A DNA stretch of 64,000 nt from positions 2,862 to 66,861 of the forward strand of contig JAYSEK010000024.1 of NCBI GenBank assembly GCA_041913905.1, written 5' to 3'. The notes under the pieces are model-generated. The model was not told the DNA's origin, searched no databases, and saw only the letters and a list, made by a program, of their open reading frames with translations. Positions 1-8,648 of the stretch are shown here, one piece after another. A program made the translations under genes and the position numbers. Origin of the DNA: Burkholderiaceae bacterium (GTDB taxonomy: Bacteria; Pseudomonadota; Gammaproteobacteria; Burkholderiales; Burkholderiaceae_C). Position 1 is the stretch's first letter, and each line of letters starts with the position of its first letter.

Positions 1-38
1 GGGTGGCCCGTTTCGAGCTGCTGGACGGGCCGCTGGAA

Positions 39-953
39 TCAGCCGCCGCGCAGCAGCGACAGCACCTGCTGCGGGAGCTGATTGGCCTGCGAGACCATGG
101 CGTTGCCGGCCTGCTGCAGGATCTGCGCGCGGCTCAGATTGGCGGTTTCCGAGGCGTAGTCCGCGTCCATGATGCGGCTGCGGGCGGCCGTCTGGCTTTC
201 CACCGAAACGTTCAGGCTGGAGATCACCGCATCGAAGCGGTTCTGGGCCGCACCGAAGGTGGAGCGTGCCGTGTTGACCTGCGAGAGGGCCAGGTCGATC
301 TTGGCCATCGCGTCCAGCGCGCCCTGCGTGCCACCGGCGTAGACGTCGAAGGTGGCGCCGGTGCCTGCCGCGCCCACGTTGAGGATGTCGGTGTTGGTGG
401 TGTTGATCACCTCGGCCAGCGCGGCGGCATTGGTGCCGGCCGCCGTGGTGGTGCCGGTGATGTCCACGCCGCTGATGGTGATCTGGTCATTGCTGGTGGC
501 ATTGGCGCCCACCTGGAAGGTGAAGCCCGCCGTGCCGGTGAGCACCGATTGACCGTTGAAGGTGGTGTTGGCGGCCAGGCGTCCGATCTCGCTTTGCAGC
601 TGGGTGAACTCGTTGTTCAGGGCTTCGCGGTCGGTCTGGTTGTTGGTGCCGTTGGCGGACTGCACGGCCAGCTCACGCATGCGCTGCAGCATGTCGCCGA
701 TCTTGCCCAGCGCGCCTTCCGCCGTCTGCGACAGCGAAATGCCGTCGTTGGCGTTGCGGATGGCCACGGTCATGCCGCGCACCTGGGTGAACATGCGTTC
801 CGCGATGGCCAGGCCCGCGGCGTCGTCCTTCGCCGAGTTGACACGCAGGCCGGATGACAGCCGCTGCATCGCGACGCTCAGGGCGCTTTGCGTGCCCGAG
901 AGATTGCGCTGCGCATTGAGCGACTGCAGGTTGGTGTTGATGATTTGGGGCAT
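39..953 (-). CDS. fliC: Flagellin, copy 1 (304 aa)
   Basis: Conserved flagellin N-terminus (MPQIINTNLQSLNAQRNL...[23 protein letters not shown]) and C-terminus ([26 protein letters not shown]...LSLLR). ATG at 953. Confidence 0.95.
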   Translation of the reverse strand: MPQIINTNLQSLNAQRNLSGTQSALSVAMQRLSSGLRVNSAKDDAAGLAIAERMFTQVRGMTVAIRNANDGISLSQTAEGALGKIGDMLQRMRELAVQSANGTNNQTDREALNNEFTQLQSEIGRLAANTTFNGQSVLTGTAGFTFQVGANATSNDQITISGVDITGTTTAAGTNAAALAEVINTTNTDILNVGAAGTGATFDVYAGGTQGALDAMAKIDLALSQVNTARSTFGAAQNRFDAVISSLNVSVESQTAARSRIMDADYASETANLSRAQILQQAGNAMVSQANQLPQQVLSLLRGG

Positions 954-1128
954 GGCGCGATCCTTTCAGTGCCGTTTCAATGGAACCCGAGCCCAAGCAG
1001 ACCAGCGTAGCGGCCGCTTCAGTGACGGTGCAGGGCATAGTCCTGCGCCGCCGGCCTGCTGCACTTCCCGAAGGAAGCACGGTGGCCGCTGTCGCTTGTC
1101 GCCAACGAGCTGGGACCCGTTGAGAGGG

Positions 1129-1155
1129 TTATCGGACCGAGGGGGGATCGCTTGA
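1129..1155 (-). promoter_or_regulatory. Sigma-28 (FliA)-type promoter for flagellin copy 1
   Basis: On the minus strand: TCAAG (1155-1151), 14-nt spacer, TCCGATAA (1136-1129). Same geometry as TAAAGTTT-N11-GCCGATAA. Lies ~175 nt upstream of the ATG. Confidence 0.6.
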
Positions 1156-1281
1156 GGTTGAACCTTGAAAGAAGCGGCCGCTCAATCACTCGAATTGCGG
1201 GGTGATTGGCGGCCTTTTAGGGTGTTTGCGCTGGCGGGCTTTGCCCTTTGACCTCGACGGTCGTCGCAGCGTTGGAGCTCA

Positions 1282-1300
1282 GGGCCAGCGGGGCTGGCCC
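1282..1300 (-). terminator. GC-rich hairpin just after the stop of flagellin copy 2 (possible terminator, no U-tract)
   Basis: GGGCCAGC-GGG-GCTGGCCC perfect 8-bp stem, 4 nt from the stop codon at 1305-1307. No T-run follows on the minus strand. Confidence 0.35.
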
Positions 1301-1304
1301 AGGG

Positions 1305-2213
1305 TCATCGAAGAAGCGACAGCACTTGCTGCGGCGTCTGATTCGCCTGGGCGATCATCGCCGTGCCGGCCTGCTGCAGGATCTGCGCTCGGCTCAGGTT
1401 GGCGGTTTCCATGGCGTAGTCGGCATCCATGATGCGGCTGCGCGCGGCGGACTGGTTCTCCACCGAGACCTGCAGGCTGGAGATGGCCGCATCGATGCGG
1501 TTCTGGGCCGCACCGAAGGTCGACCGTGCCACGTTCACCTGCGCGATCGCCAGGTCGATCTTTGCCACGGAGTCCAGGGCGCCCTTGGTGCCGCTGGCGT
1601 AGACGTCGAAGGTCGCACCGGTGCCAGCCGCGCCGACGGCGAGGATGTCGGTGTTGGTGGCATTGGTGACTTCGGCCAGCGCGCCATCGTTCTTGCCGGC
1701 GGCGGTGGTCGTGCCCAGCATGTTCAGCCCGGTGATCGAGATGATGTCGTTGCTGGTGGCGTTGGCGCCCACCTGGAAGTCGAAGGAGGTGGTCGTGGTC
1801 AGCGTGGCCTGGCCGTTGAAGGTGGTGTTGTTGGTCAGCCGGGTGATTTCACTTTGCAGTTGCGAGAACTCGTTGTTCAGCGCGGTGCGGTCGTCGGTGT
1901 TGTTGGTACCGTTGGCGGACTGCACGGCCAGCTCACGCATGCGCTGCAGCATGTCGTTGACCTTGCCCAGGGCACCTTCAGCGGTCTGCGCCAGCGAGAT
2001 GCCGTCGTTGGCGTTGCGGATCGCCACATTCATCCCCTTGACCTGGGAATTCATGCGTTCGGCAATGGCCAGGCCGGCGGCGTCGTCCCGTGCGGAATTG
2101 ACACGCAGACCCGAGGACAGGCGCTGCATGGAGACCGACAGGGCGGACTGCGCCATGTTGGCGTTGCGCTGTGCGTTCAGCGACAGCAGGTTGGTATTGA
2201 TGACGGCGGGCAT
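1305..2213 (-). CDS. fliC: Flagellin, copy 2 (302 aa), tandem paralogue of copy 1
   Basis: [17 protein letters not shown]...[23 protein letters not shown] and [26 protein letters not shown]...LSLLR. Termini are nearly identical to copy 1; differences concentrate in the centre. Confidence 0.95.
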   Translation of the reverse strand: MPAVINTNLLSLNAQRNANMAQSALSVSMQRLSSGLRVNSARDDAAGLAIAERMNSQVKGMNVAIRNANDGISLAQTAEGALGKVNDMLQRMRELAVQSANGTNNTDDRTALNNEFSQLQSEITRLTNNTTFNGQATLTTTTSFDFQVGANATSNDIISITGLNMLGTTTAAGKNDGALAEVTNATNTDILAVGAAGTGATFDVYASGTKGALDSVAKIDLAIAQVNVARSTFGAAQNRIDAAISSLQVSVENQSAARSRIMDADYAMETANLSRAQILQQAGTAMIAQANQTPQQVLSLLR

Positions 2214-2437
2214 GATGTGCTCCTTTCAGCTTGAAGAACCCCGGCTTAGCGCCGACGTGACTCGGGTGCCCGGGTACTGACACCCGTGCTTGCAAGCCCT
2301 CACAGGCGGACCTGTGGTGGGCTTGCACCGCCCGGCGCTAGTCAACCGTTGAAGCCGGTACCCCGTCTTGCCATCGAGGTGCCTGTTCTCGGCCTCCTAA
2401 CCGGACCACGAACCTGTTTCCAGACCCGTTGGAATGG

Positions 2438-2465
2438 CTATCGGAGCCCCCAAGTCGGAACTTGA
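2438..2465 (-). promoter_or_regulatory. Sigma-28-type promoter for flagellin copy 2
   Basis: On the minus strand: TCAAG (2465-2461), 15 nt, TCCGATAG (2445-2438). Context is paralogous to the copy-1 promoter. Confidence 0.55.
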
Positions 2466-2791
2466 GGGCTTTTTGTCAAGACCTGTGATCTTTTGAATAG
2501 CCAGGTGGTTTGCCGGTCTGTTCTTCGTTTCAAGTCCGGGCGGGAGCGCGCCCGGAGGGTGAAGAGCTGCCGGTCTGGAGGCGGTGGGGCTGTCGGCGGG
2601 CGGGTCCTTTGCTGAAAGGGTGGGTCATGGGCAAGAGAGGTGAGCGTCAGGAGCACGCTGCTGAAGGCCGCGCCCTCATGCCACTGGAGGCGGGGCCTTG
2701 TCTGCTATTTCGGCCGCGCCGGCAGGGCACAGCTTCCGAGATGAAGGCGGCAGACCCTTCTTTTCCGGCTTATGCGGCAGGGGCGCCTGCC

Positions 2792-2818
2792 TAAAGTGGG
2801 CGGCAACGCGGACGATAA
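2792..2818 (+). promoter_or_regulatory. Sigma-28-type promoter upstream of the TPR gene
   Basis: TAAAGTGG (2792-2799), 11 nt, GACGATAA (2811-2818). Near-perfect match to the enteric consensus TAAAGTTT-N11-GCCGATAA. Lies ~90 nt upstream of the ATG. Confidence 0.65.
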
Positions 2819-2906
2819 GCCTGCCCCCTGTCAGCTCCCATGGCAGGCCATGCATTGTTTGCGTCCCTTTCAACGGCCCGCGCGGGCCCTTATGCAGGAG
2901 ATGCAC

Positions 2907-3389
2907 ATGCGTTCGACCCCTACTGAAGAGACGGCGCGCGAGGCCTTGCCCGCCGCCGTGATCAACCCCAACCCGGAAGCCCAGTGGCTGCTGGCCCAGG
3001 CCCGCAATGCGGCGTTCGCCGAGGCGGCCCATGGTCGCGTTGGCCGCGGCTTGGCCGTGCTGGCGGGTGCACTGGAGCAGGAGCCCTTGAGCCACGAGCT
3101 GCTGAGCGACATGGCTGCGCTGCTGCTGAGCGCTGGCGAGCTGGCGCTCGCAGCACGCTACGCCCGCGAAGCGCTGCTCATCACCCCGCACCACGGTGCC
3201 AGCCTCTACACGCTGGGCTTTGCACTGGCAGGGCAGGGCGAGGAAGCGGAGGCGCTGCAGGTGCTGACGCAGTTGCTGGCCGGTCAGGGGCTGCTCAGCC
3301 TGGAGCGCGAGGCGCCTGAGCTGGTCGGGCTGGTGCGCACGGAGCTGGCGCGCCTGCAGTCACGCGCCGACGCGCCGGCGACGCGCTGA
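2907..3389 (+). CDS. Small TPR-like repeat protein (~160 aa), function unknown
   Basis: Ala/Leu-rich helical repeats (AAHGRVGRGLAVLAGALEQEP, LALAARYAREALLITPHHGASLYTLGFALAGQGEEAEAL). High GC3. AGGAG lies 6 nt before the ATG at 2907 (alternative ATG at 2901). Followed by a strong terminator. Confidence 0.6.
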   Translation: MRSTPTEETAREALPAAVINPNPEAQWLLAQARNAAFAEAAHGRVGRGLAVLAGALEQEPLSHELLSDMAALLLSAGELALAARYAREALLITPHHGASLYTLGFALAGQGEEAEALQVLTQLLAGQGLLSLEREAPELVGLVRTELARLQSRADAPATR

Positions 3390-3438
3390 CGGCACCGACC
3401 GAAGCCGGCCGAGGTGCCGGTTCTTCTTGCCAATCTGA

Positions 3439-3471
3439 GGGCCTGCGGAGTTTTCGCAGGCCCTTTTTCTT
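3439..3471 (+). terminator. Rho-independent terminator after the TPR gene
   Basis: GGGCCTGCG-gagtttt-CGCAGGCCC followed by TTTTTCTT. Confidence 0.8.
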
Positions 3472-3627
3472 GGGCCCAGCCGACAGCCTTGTAGGAATTT
3501 GCCCGACACGCGCTTGCGAAATAGCGGGACTTCATCCACCGAACTGGGCTGATGTTTGCCTCCTGTTGTGCTCTTCACAATTCGTCTCACGTTGACACGC
3601 AAACGAAGCGACAAACAGGAGCCCGAC

Positions 3628-3951
3628 ATGAACGCCGATCAAATCCTCACCGAGATCCGTGAAGCCAATCTGTCGTACCTGATGCTGGCTCAAAGCCTGA
3701 TCCGTACCGACCGTGAGCAGGCGCTGTACCGCCTGGGCATCTCCGAAGACACGGCGATGCTGATCGGTACGCTGACGCCCGCGCAGATCATGAAGATTTC
3801 GTCCAGCAACACCTTGCTGTGCCGCTTCCGCATGGACGACGACCTGGTCTGGGGCCTGCTGACCAGCCATGGCAAGCCGGCGGCCAACGACAGCGTGTCG
3901 CGCCTGCATGCGTCGATCTTGATGGCGGGGCGTCATCAGGAAGCCGCATGA
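3628..3951 (+). CDS. flhD: Flagellar master regulator subunit FlhD (107 aa)
   Basis: MNADQILTEIREANLSYLMLAQSLI...LYRLGISED...LLCRFRMDD aligns with E. coli FlhD (IYDINLSYLLLAQRLI...MFRLGINEE...LVCHFRFD). AGGAG lies 6 nt upstream of the ATG at 3628. Confidence 0.9.
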   Translation: MNADQILTEIREANLSYLMLAQSLIRTDREQALYRLGISEDTAMLIGTLTPAQIMKISSSNTLLCRFRMDDDLVWGLLTSHGKPAANDSVSRLHASILMAGRHQEAA

Positions 3952-4000
3952 GCTGTTGGCCCCCGGCCGCCCGGGTACGGGCGACCACCCCCCGAGGGGG

Positions 4001-4116
4001 TGCAGTTCATAGCCGCCTTGGGGCGGATATGAACTGCAGGCGGGCCGGCTTGGGGCGGCCCGGCGCCGGCCCCTGAATGCGCAGTTCGAGCCCGCCGTGG
4101 GGCGGGATCGAACTGC
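4001..4116 (+). repeat. Two related ~36-nt palindromic stem-loops, plus a third hairpin between them, in the flhD-flhC spacer
   Basis: 4001-4038 is TGCAGTTCATA-GCCGCC-TTGG-GGCGGA-TATGAACTGCA. 4081-4116 is GCAGTTCGA-GCCCGCC-GTGG-GGCGGGA-TCGAACTGC. Between them GGGCCGGC (4042-4049) pairs with GCCGGCCC (4065-4072). Confidence 0.7.
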
Positions 4117-4157
4117 TGGCTAGAAACACCGAGTCGTTGAATAAACTGGAGATTCCT

Positions 4158-4694
4158 ATGCGCAGCAAGTCCATCCTGACCGAAGCTCGCCAGATCGAGC
4201 GCGCCGTCACCCTGATCCAGCTGGGGGCCCGCCTGCAGGTGCTGGAGTCGGAAACGGATTTGTCCTATGAGCGCCTGCTGCGCCTGTACAAGGAGGTCTC
4301 CGGCAAGTCGCCGTCCAAGGGGCAGCTGCCGTTCTCGACCGACTGGTTCATGACCTGGCAGCCCAATATCCATGCCTCCTTGTTCCTCAATGTGCACGAG
4401 TATCTGAACAAGGTGGCGGAGATCGATGAGATCGACACCGTGATCAAGGCCTATCAGCTCTACCTGGAGCAGGTGCAGGCGCAGGGCCTGGAGCCGCTGC
4501 TGTCCGTGACCCGCGCCTGGCGCCTGGTGAAGTTCGTCGACAACGGCATGCTGACCATGACCAAGTGCTGCAAGTGCGGCGGCCACTTCGTCACCCATCC
4601 TCATGAGATCGCCCGCCACTATGTCTGTGGCCTGTGCAACCCGCCGGCCCGTGCCGGCAAGGGGCGCGCGCAGGGTGCGATCCAGATGCACTGA
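4158..4694 (+). CDS. flhC: Flagellar master regulator subunit FlhC (178 aa)
   Basis: MRSKSILTEARQIERAVTLIQLGARLQVLESETDLS...LPFSTDWFMTW...CCKCGGHFVTH...CGLCNPP closely parallels E. coli FlhC, including the Zn-binding Cys cluster. GGAG lies upstream of the ATG at 4158. Confidence 0.92.
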   Translation: MRSKSILTEARQIERAVTLIQLGARLQVLESETDLSYERLLRLYKEVSGKSPSKGQLPFSTDWFMTWQPNIHASLFLNVHEYLNKVAEIDEIDTVIKAYQLYLEQVQAQGLEPLLSVTRAWRLVKFVDNGMLTMTKCCKCGGHFVTHPHEIARHYVCGLCNPPARAGKGRAQGAIQMH

Positions 4695-4711
4695 GTCAGG
4701 GCAGGGTGGCG

Positions 4712-5515
4712 ATGCAGGAACGGTCTGCTGCGGGTTCTGCCCTGACCACGCCGCCGGACGCCGATCAGGCGCTGCCGGCGGCGCGTCCGTCCAGGCGCTG
4801 GCATCGACGGCTCTGGCCCGCGTCAGCTTTTCTGTGCTGGCTGCTGGGCTGGCTGCTGTGGATGACGCTGCAGCCCCTGGGGCCGCTTTGGGCCCTGGTG
4901 GGCACCTTGCTGCCGGTGGCCGGCCTGGCATGGCTGCATGAGCGCCGCTGGCGCCGCTTCATCGTCCTGGGCGGCTTTGTCGCCTCGCTGCTGCTGAGCA
5001 AGGGCCCGGCGGGTCTGCCGGCCTGGTGCTGGCTGCTGCCGCTGCTGCTGCTGGTCCTGATGTACCCCCGCAGCACCTGGCGCGACGCGCCCTTGTTTCC
5101 GACGCCCGTCGGCGCCTTGGCTGCCTTGTCTGCGCAGGTCCGGCTGCCTACCGATGCCCGCATCCTGGACGCCGGCTGCGGCCTGGGCGCCGGCTTGCGC
5201 GAGCTGCATCGTTGTTTCCCCGCCGCAGTCGTCCATGGCGTGGAGTGGAGTCCCTTGCTGGCCTTTGTCTGTCGCCTGCGCCACCCCTGGGCCCATGTTG
5301 TGCGCGGCGACATGTGGGCGCAGCCCTGGTCGGGCTACCAGCTCGTCTACCTCTTCCAGCGACCGGAGAGCATGGCCCAGGCCGAGGACAAGGCCCGTGC
5401 GGAGCTGCAATCCGGCGCCTGGCTGATCAGCCTGGACTTTCCCCTGCCCGGCACGCCTGCCATACTGAGCCAGCCCCTGCAGGGGCGCCATTCGCTTCAT
5501 GTCTACCGCTTCTGA
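4712..5515 (+). CDS. Membrane-anchored class I SAM-dependent methyltransferase-like protein (267 aa)
   Basis: Hydrophobic N-terminal half (FLCWLLGWLLWMTL..., LVGTLLPVAGLAWL, FIVLGGFVASLLL, WCWLLPLLLLVLMY). This is followed by the motif-I-like ILDAGCGLGAGLREL and a short Rossmann-type tail. It starts 18 nt after the flhC stop; the start codon is uncertain. Confidence 0.55.
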   Translation: MQERSAAGSALTTPPDADQALPAARPSRRWHRRLWPASAFLCWLLGWLLWMTLQPLGPLWALVGTLLPVAGLAWLHERRWRRFIVLGGFVASLLLSKGPAGLPAWCWLLPLLLLVLMYPRSTWRDAPLFPTPVGALAALSAQVRLPTDARILDAGCGLGAGLRELHRCFPAAVVHGVEWSPLLAFVCRLRHPWAHVVRGDMWAQPWSGYQLVYLFQRPESMAQAEDKARAELQSGAWLISLDFPLPGTPAILSQPLQGRHSLHVYRF

Positions 5516-5548
5516 TCCCTCATCGCCGGCCCGGCGCAGTTGCTGCGC

Positions 5549-5576
5549 TCAAGATCCCCGGGCGCCTGGCCGATAA
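5549..5576 (+). promoter_or_regulatory. Sigma-28-type promoter for motAB-cheYZ
   Basis: TCAAG (5549-5553), 15 nt, perfect GCCGATAA (5569-5576), 31 nt upstream of the motA ATG. Confidence 0.7.
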
Positions 5577-5606
5577 GGGCTTCAGACACAGCAGCATCCA
5601 CAAACC

Positions 5607-6467
5607 ATGTTCGTCATCGTCGGCTGGCTCATCGCCATGGGTTGCATCTTCGGCGTGTTCATTGCGCACGGAGGCAATATTGGCGTCGTGCTGCATGCAC
5701 TGCCCTTTGAGTTCATCACCATCTTCGGCGCGGCCTTCGGCGCCTTCCTGGCCAACAACCAGATGAAGGTGGTCAAAGGCGCCATGAAGGGGCTGGGCAC
5801 CTGCTTCAAAGGCAGCAAGTTCAGCAAGGCGCGCTACATGGAGCTGCTGGCGCTGATGTACGACATCCTGCAAAAGGCCCGCAAGGAAGGCCTGATGTCC
5901 ATTGAAAAGGACGTCGAGGATCCGCACAGCTCGCCACTGTTCCAGAAGTACCCCGTCGTGGGCAATGACCATCACGTCACGGAGTTCATCACCGACTACC
6001 TCCGCATGATGGTGTCCGGCAACCTCAATGCCCACGAGATCGAATCGCTGATGGACGCCGAGATCGAGACCCATCACCAGGAAGAGCATGCCGCCGTCGC
6101 GGCCCTGACCCGGCTGGCCGGCGGCCTGCCGGCGTTCGGCATCGTGGCCGCCGTGCTGGGCGTGGTGAACACCATGGGCTCGGTGGGTCAGCCGCCGGCG
6201 GTGCTGGGTGGCATGATCGGCTCGGCCCTGGTGGGCACCTTCCTGGGCATTCTGCTGGCCTATGGCTTTGCCGAACCGCTGGCGGGGCTGCTGGAGCAGA
6301 AGGTCGAGGATGCCGGCAAGGAACTGCAATGCATCAAGACCACGCTGCTGGCCAGCATGCAGGGCTACGCGCCGCAGGTGGCGATCGAGTTCGGACGCAA
6401 GGTGCTGTACTCGGGCGACCGCCCGAGCTTCACCGAGCTGGAAGGCCATGTGAAGGGCAAGAAATGA
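5607..6467 (+). CDS. motA: Flagellar stator protein MotA (286 aa)
   Basis: MotA/TolQ/ExbB-type channel. Four hydrophobic segments, and the conserved C-terminal half LTRLAGGLPAFGIVAAVLGVVNTMG...GMIGSALVGTFLGILLAYG. Confidence 0.92.
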   Translation: MFVIVGWLIAMGCIFGVFIAHGGNIGVVLHALPFEFITIFGAAFGAFLANNQMKVVKGAMKGLGTCFKGSKFSKARYMELLALMYDILQKARKEGLMSIEKDVEDPHSSPLFQKYPVVGNDHHVTEFITDYLRMMVSGNLNAHEIESLMDAEIETHHQEEHAAVAALTRLAGGLPAFGIVAAVLGVVNTMGSVGQPPAVLGGMIGSALVGTFLGILLAYGFAEPLAGLLEQKVEDAGKELQCIKTTLLASMQGYAPQVAIEFGRKVLYSGDRPSFTELEGHVKGKK

Positions 6468-6512
6468 GGCTGAGGCCCTCCAGCCCCAATGTCGCCAAGG
6501 GAGTGATGCGCC

Positions 6513-7439
6513 ATGGCCGGTGACGCCAAGAAGCTCCAGCCCATCATCATCAAGAAGATCAAGAAGGGTGGTCATGGTGCCCATGGCGGCGCCTGGAAGA
6601 TCGCCTATGCCGACTTCGTGACGGCGATGATGGCCTTCTTCCTGCTGATGTGGCTGCTGGGCTCCACCACCGAGGGCGACAAGAAGGGCATCGCCGACTA
6701 CTTCTCCTCGCCGCTGAAGGTGGCGCTGAGCGGCGGCTCGGGCTCGGGCGACTCCTCGCACGTGATCAAGGGCGGCGGGCAGGACCTCACGCGGCAGACG
6801 GGCCAGGTCAAGGCGGGCGACGTCGAGTCGCCCCGGCACACCATCAATCTGCGCGCCCTGAAGGAAGAACAGCGCCGCGCCGAGCGCAGCCGGCTCCAGC
6901 AGCTCAAGGACAAGATCCAGGAGGTGCTGGCCAACAACCCGGCGCTGGCCTCCCTCGGCGGGCAGATTCGTCTCGAAATGACACGGGAAGGCCTGCGTAT
7001 CCAGATTGTTGATGAGAACAACCGTCCCATGTTCGACAGCGGCAGCGCCGTGGTCAAACCCTATATGCGAGAACTACTTCGCGAACTTGGCGCTGTGCTT
7101 GCCGAGGTGCCCAATCGTTTGACGCTGGAGGGGCATACTGATGCTCAGCCCTTCTCGGGGGGCGAACGGGGATACAGCAACTGGGAGCTGTCGGCAGACC
7201 GTGCCAACGCTTCCAGGCGGGAGTTGCTGTCCGGTGGTCTGCCGGAGTCGCGGGTGCTGCGTGTGCAGGGCCTGGCGGCCAGCAAGCTGCTGGAACCCGA
7301 CGACCCCCGTAGCCCGATCAACCGCCGGATCAGCATCATCGTGATGAACCGTGATGCGGAAGACGCGGTGCTGAAAAATCTGCCGGACAGCGAGGATGAA
7401 CCGGCCGACAATGCAGCATCCGCTGCCGCGAAACCTTAA
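6513..7439 (+). CDS. motB: Flagellar stator protein MotB (308 aa)
   Basis: N-terminus HGGAWKIAYADFVTAMMAFFLLMWLL carries the plug/TM segment with the conserved Asp. C-terminal OmpA-like peptidoglycan-binding domain (LEGHTDAQPF...SNWELSADRANASRREL). Confidence 0.92.
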   Translation: MAGDAKKLQPIIIKKIKKGGHGAHGGAWKIAYADFVTAMMAFFLLMWLLGSTTEGDKKGIADYFSSPLKVALSGGSGSGDSSHVIKGGGQDLTRQTGQVKAGDVESPRHTINLRALKEEQRRAERSRLQQLKDKIQEVLANNPALASLGGQIRLEMTREGLRIQIVDENNRPMFDSGSAVVKPYMRELLRELGAVLAEVPNRLTLEGHTDAQPFSGGERGYSNWELSADRANASRRELLSGGLPESRVLRVQGLAASKLLEPDDPRSPINRRISIIVMNRDAEDAVLKNLPDSEDEPADNAASAAAKP

Positions 7440-7544
7440 CGAAGAGTTGAAGAATCCCCGTGCTGCAGGTCATTCATTTGCGTGCATTGACCCAGTTTCC
7501 GGAATATCGTTCGACCAGCCCTCAAGCCCCTTGCGAGGAACGCC

Positions 7545-7937
7545 ATGAGCACTGACATGAAATTTCTGATCGTCGATGACTTCTCGACCATGCGCCGCAT
7601 CGTGCGCGGTCTGCTGAAGGAGATCGGCTACAACAATGCCGAAGAGGCGGAGGACGGCGTCGAGGCCCTGAACATGCTGAAGAACGGCAAGTTCGACTTC
7701 GTGGTCAGTGACATCAACATGCCCAATATGACGGGCTTCGAGCTGCTCAAGGCGATCAAGGAAGACGCCTCGCTCAAGCACCTGCCGGTCTTGATGGTGA
7801 CGGCCGAGGCCCGCAAGGAAGACATCGTGCTGGCGGCCCAGAGCGGCGCCGCCGGCTACATCGTCAAACCCTTCACCAAAGCGACGCTGGAAGAGAAGGT
7901 GCAGAAGATCATGCAGAAGCTGGCCGCGGCCGCTTGA
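7545..7937 (+). CDS. cheY: Chemotaxis response regulator CheY (130 aa)
   Basis: [15 protein letters not shown]...[18 protein letters not shown]...PVLMVTAEA...GYIVKPFT. Single-domain receiver, very close to enteric CheY. Confidence 0.93.
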   Translation: MSTDMKFLIVDDFSTMRRIVRGLLKEIGYNNAEEAEDGVEALNMLKNGKFDFVVSDINMPNMTGFELLKAIKEDASLKHLPVLMVTAEARKEDIVLAAQSGAAGYIVKPFTKATLEEKVQKIMQKLAAAA

Positions 7938-7948
7938 GGGAGAAGGCC

Positions 7949-8584
7949 ATGAAAGCTGATGATTTCGCCAAGCTGGGCAGCGGTACCGATCCTCTGATGG
8001 TGTCACCGGAGGTTTTCCAGCAACTGGGCACCATCACGCGGGTGCTGCATGACACCATGCAGCAGCTGGGTGTGATGCCCAAGCTGCAGACCGCGACCGA
8101 TGGGCTGCCCGATGCGCGCAGCCGCCTGACCTACATCGCCAACAAGACTGCCGAGGCCGCCAACAAGGTGCTGAACTCGGTGGACCAGGCCAAGGGCGAG
8201 CACGCCAAGATCTCGGCCGCAACGGCGGAGATGGCCAAGTCCATCACCGCCGATCCGGTCAAGGCCGTGGCCTCGGGTGCGGTGTTCAATTTCGTCAAGC
8301 AGGTCGAGGAGTCCACCTCGCAGATCGACCAGCACCTGACCGACATCATGATGGCGCAGGACTTCCATGACCTAACCGGCCAGGTGGTGGCCAAGGTCGT
8401 GACCCTGGCCAACGACCTGGAAGACAGCCTGGTCAAGCTGCTGGTCCAGGTGGTCCCGCCGGACCAGCGTGAGAAGGTCGATCCCAACATCCTGCAAGGG
8501 CCCGTGGTCAATCCGGAAGGCCGCACCGACGTGGTGGCCAACCAGAGCGAGGTCGACGACCTGCTCGCCAGCCTGGGTTTCTGA
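7949..8584 (+). CDS. cheZ: CheY-P phosphatase CheZ (211 aa)
   Basis: Conserved CheZ core (LPDARSRLTYIANKTAEAANKVLN, MAQDFHDLTGQVV) and C-terminal CheY-binding peptide (SEVDDLLASLGF). ATG at 7949 has GAGGGAGAAGG upstream. The ORF-track start at 7934 is a TTG overlapping the cheY stop. Confidence 0.9.
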   Translation: MKADDFAKLGSGTDPLMVSPEVFQQLGTITRVLHDTMQQLGVMPKLQTATDGLPDARSRLTYIANKTAEAANKVLNSVDQAKGEHAKISAATAEMAKSITADPVKAVASGAVFNFVKQVEESTSQIDQHLTDIMMAQDFHDLTGQVVAKVVTLANDLEDSLVKLLVQVVPPDQREKVDPNILQGPVVNPEGRTDVVANQSEVDDLLASLGF

Positions 8585-8648
8585 TTCTCTGTTGTCCTCC
8601 TGCCCGGCCGACCCGTTCGACTCGCTCAATAGGGGCCGGGCCTTCCAC

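Noticed and set aside
4078-4116. tRNA-like T-arm resemblance (GTTCGAGCCCGCC) in the flhD-flhC spacer
   Set aside because: No acceptor stem, D-arm or anticodon arm can be drawn. The sequence is simply one arm of the long palindrome. I found no tRNA, rRNA, tmRNA or RNase P signature anywhere in the window.
4001-4116. Reading the two tandem hairpins as an ANTAR dual-hairpin target for the nearby ANTAR regulator
   Set aside because: ANTAR substrates have two stems capped by hexaloops with conserved A and G positions. These hairpins close on 4-nt loops (TTGG, GTGG) and have much longer stems. The idea is recorded only as a prompt to search for real ANTAR targets elsewhere.
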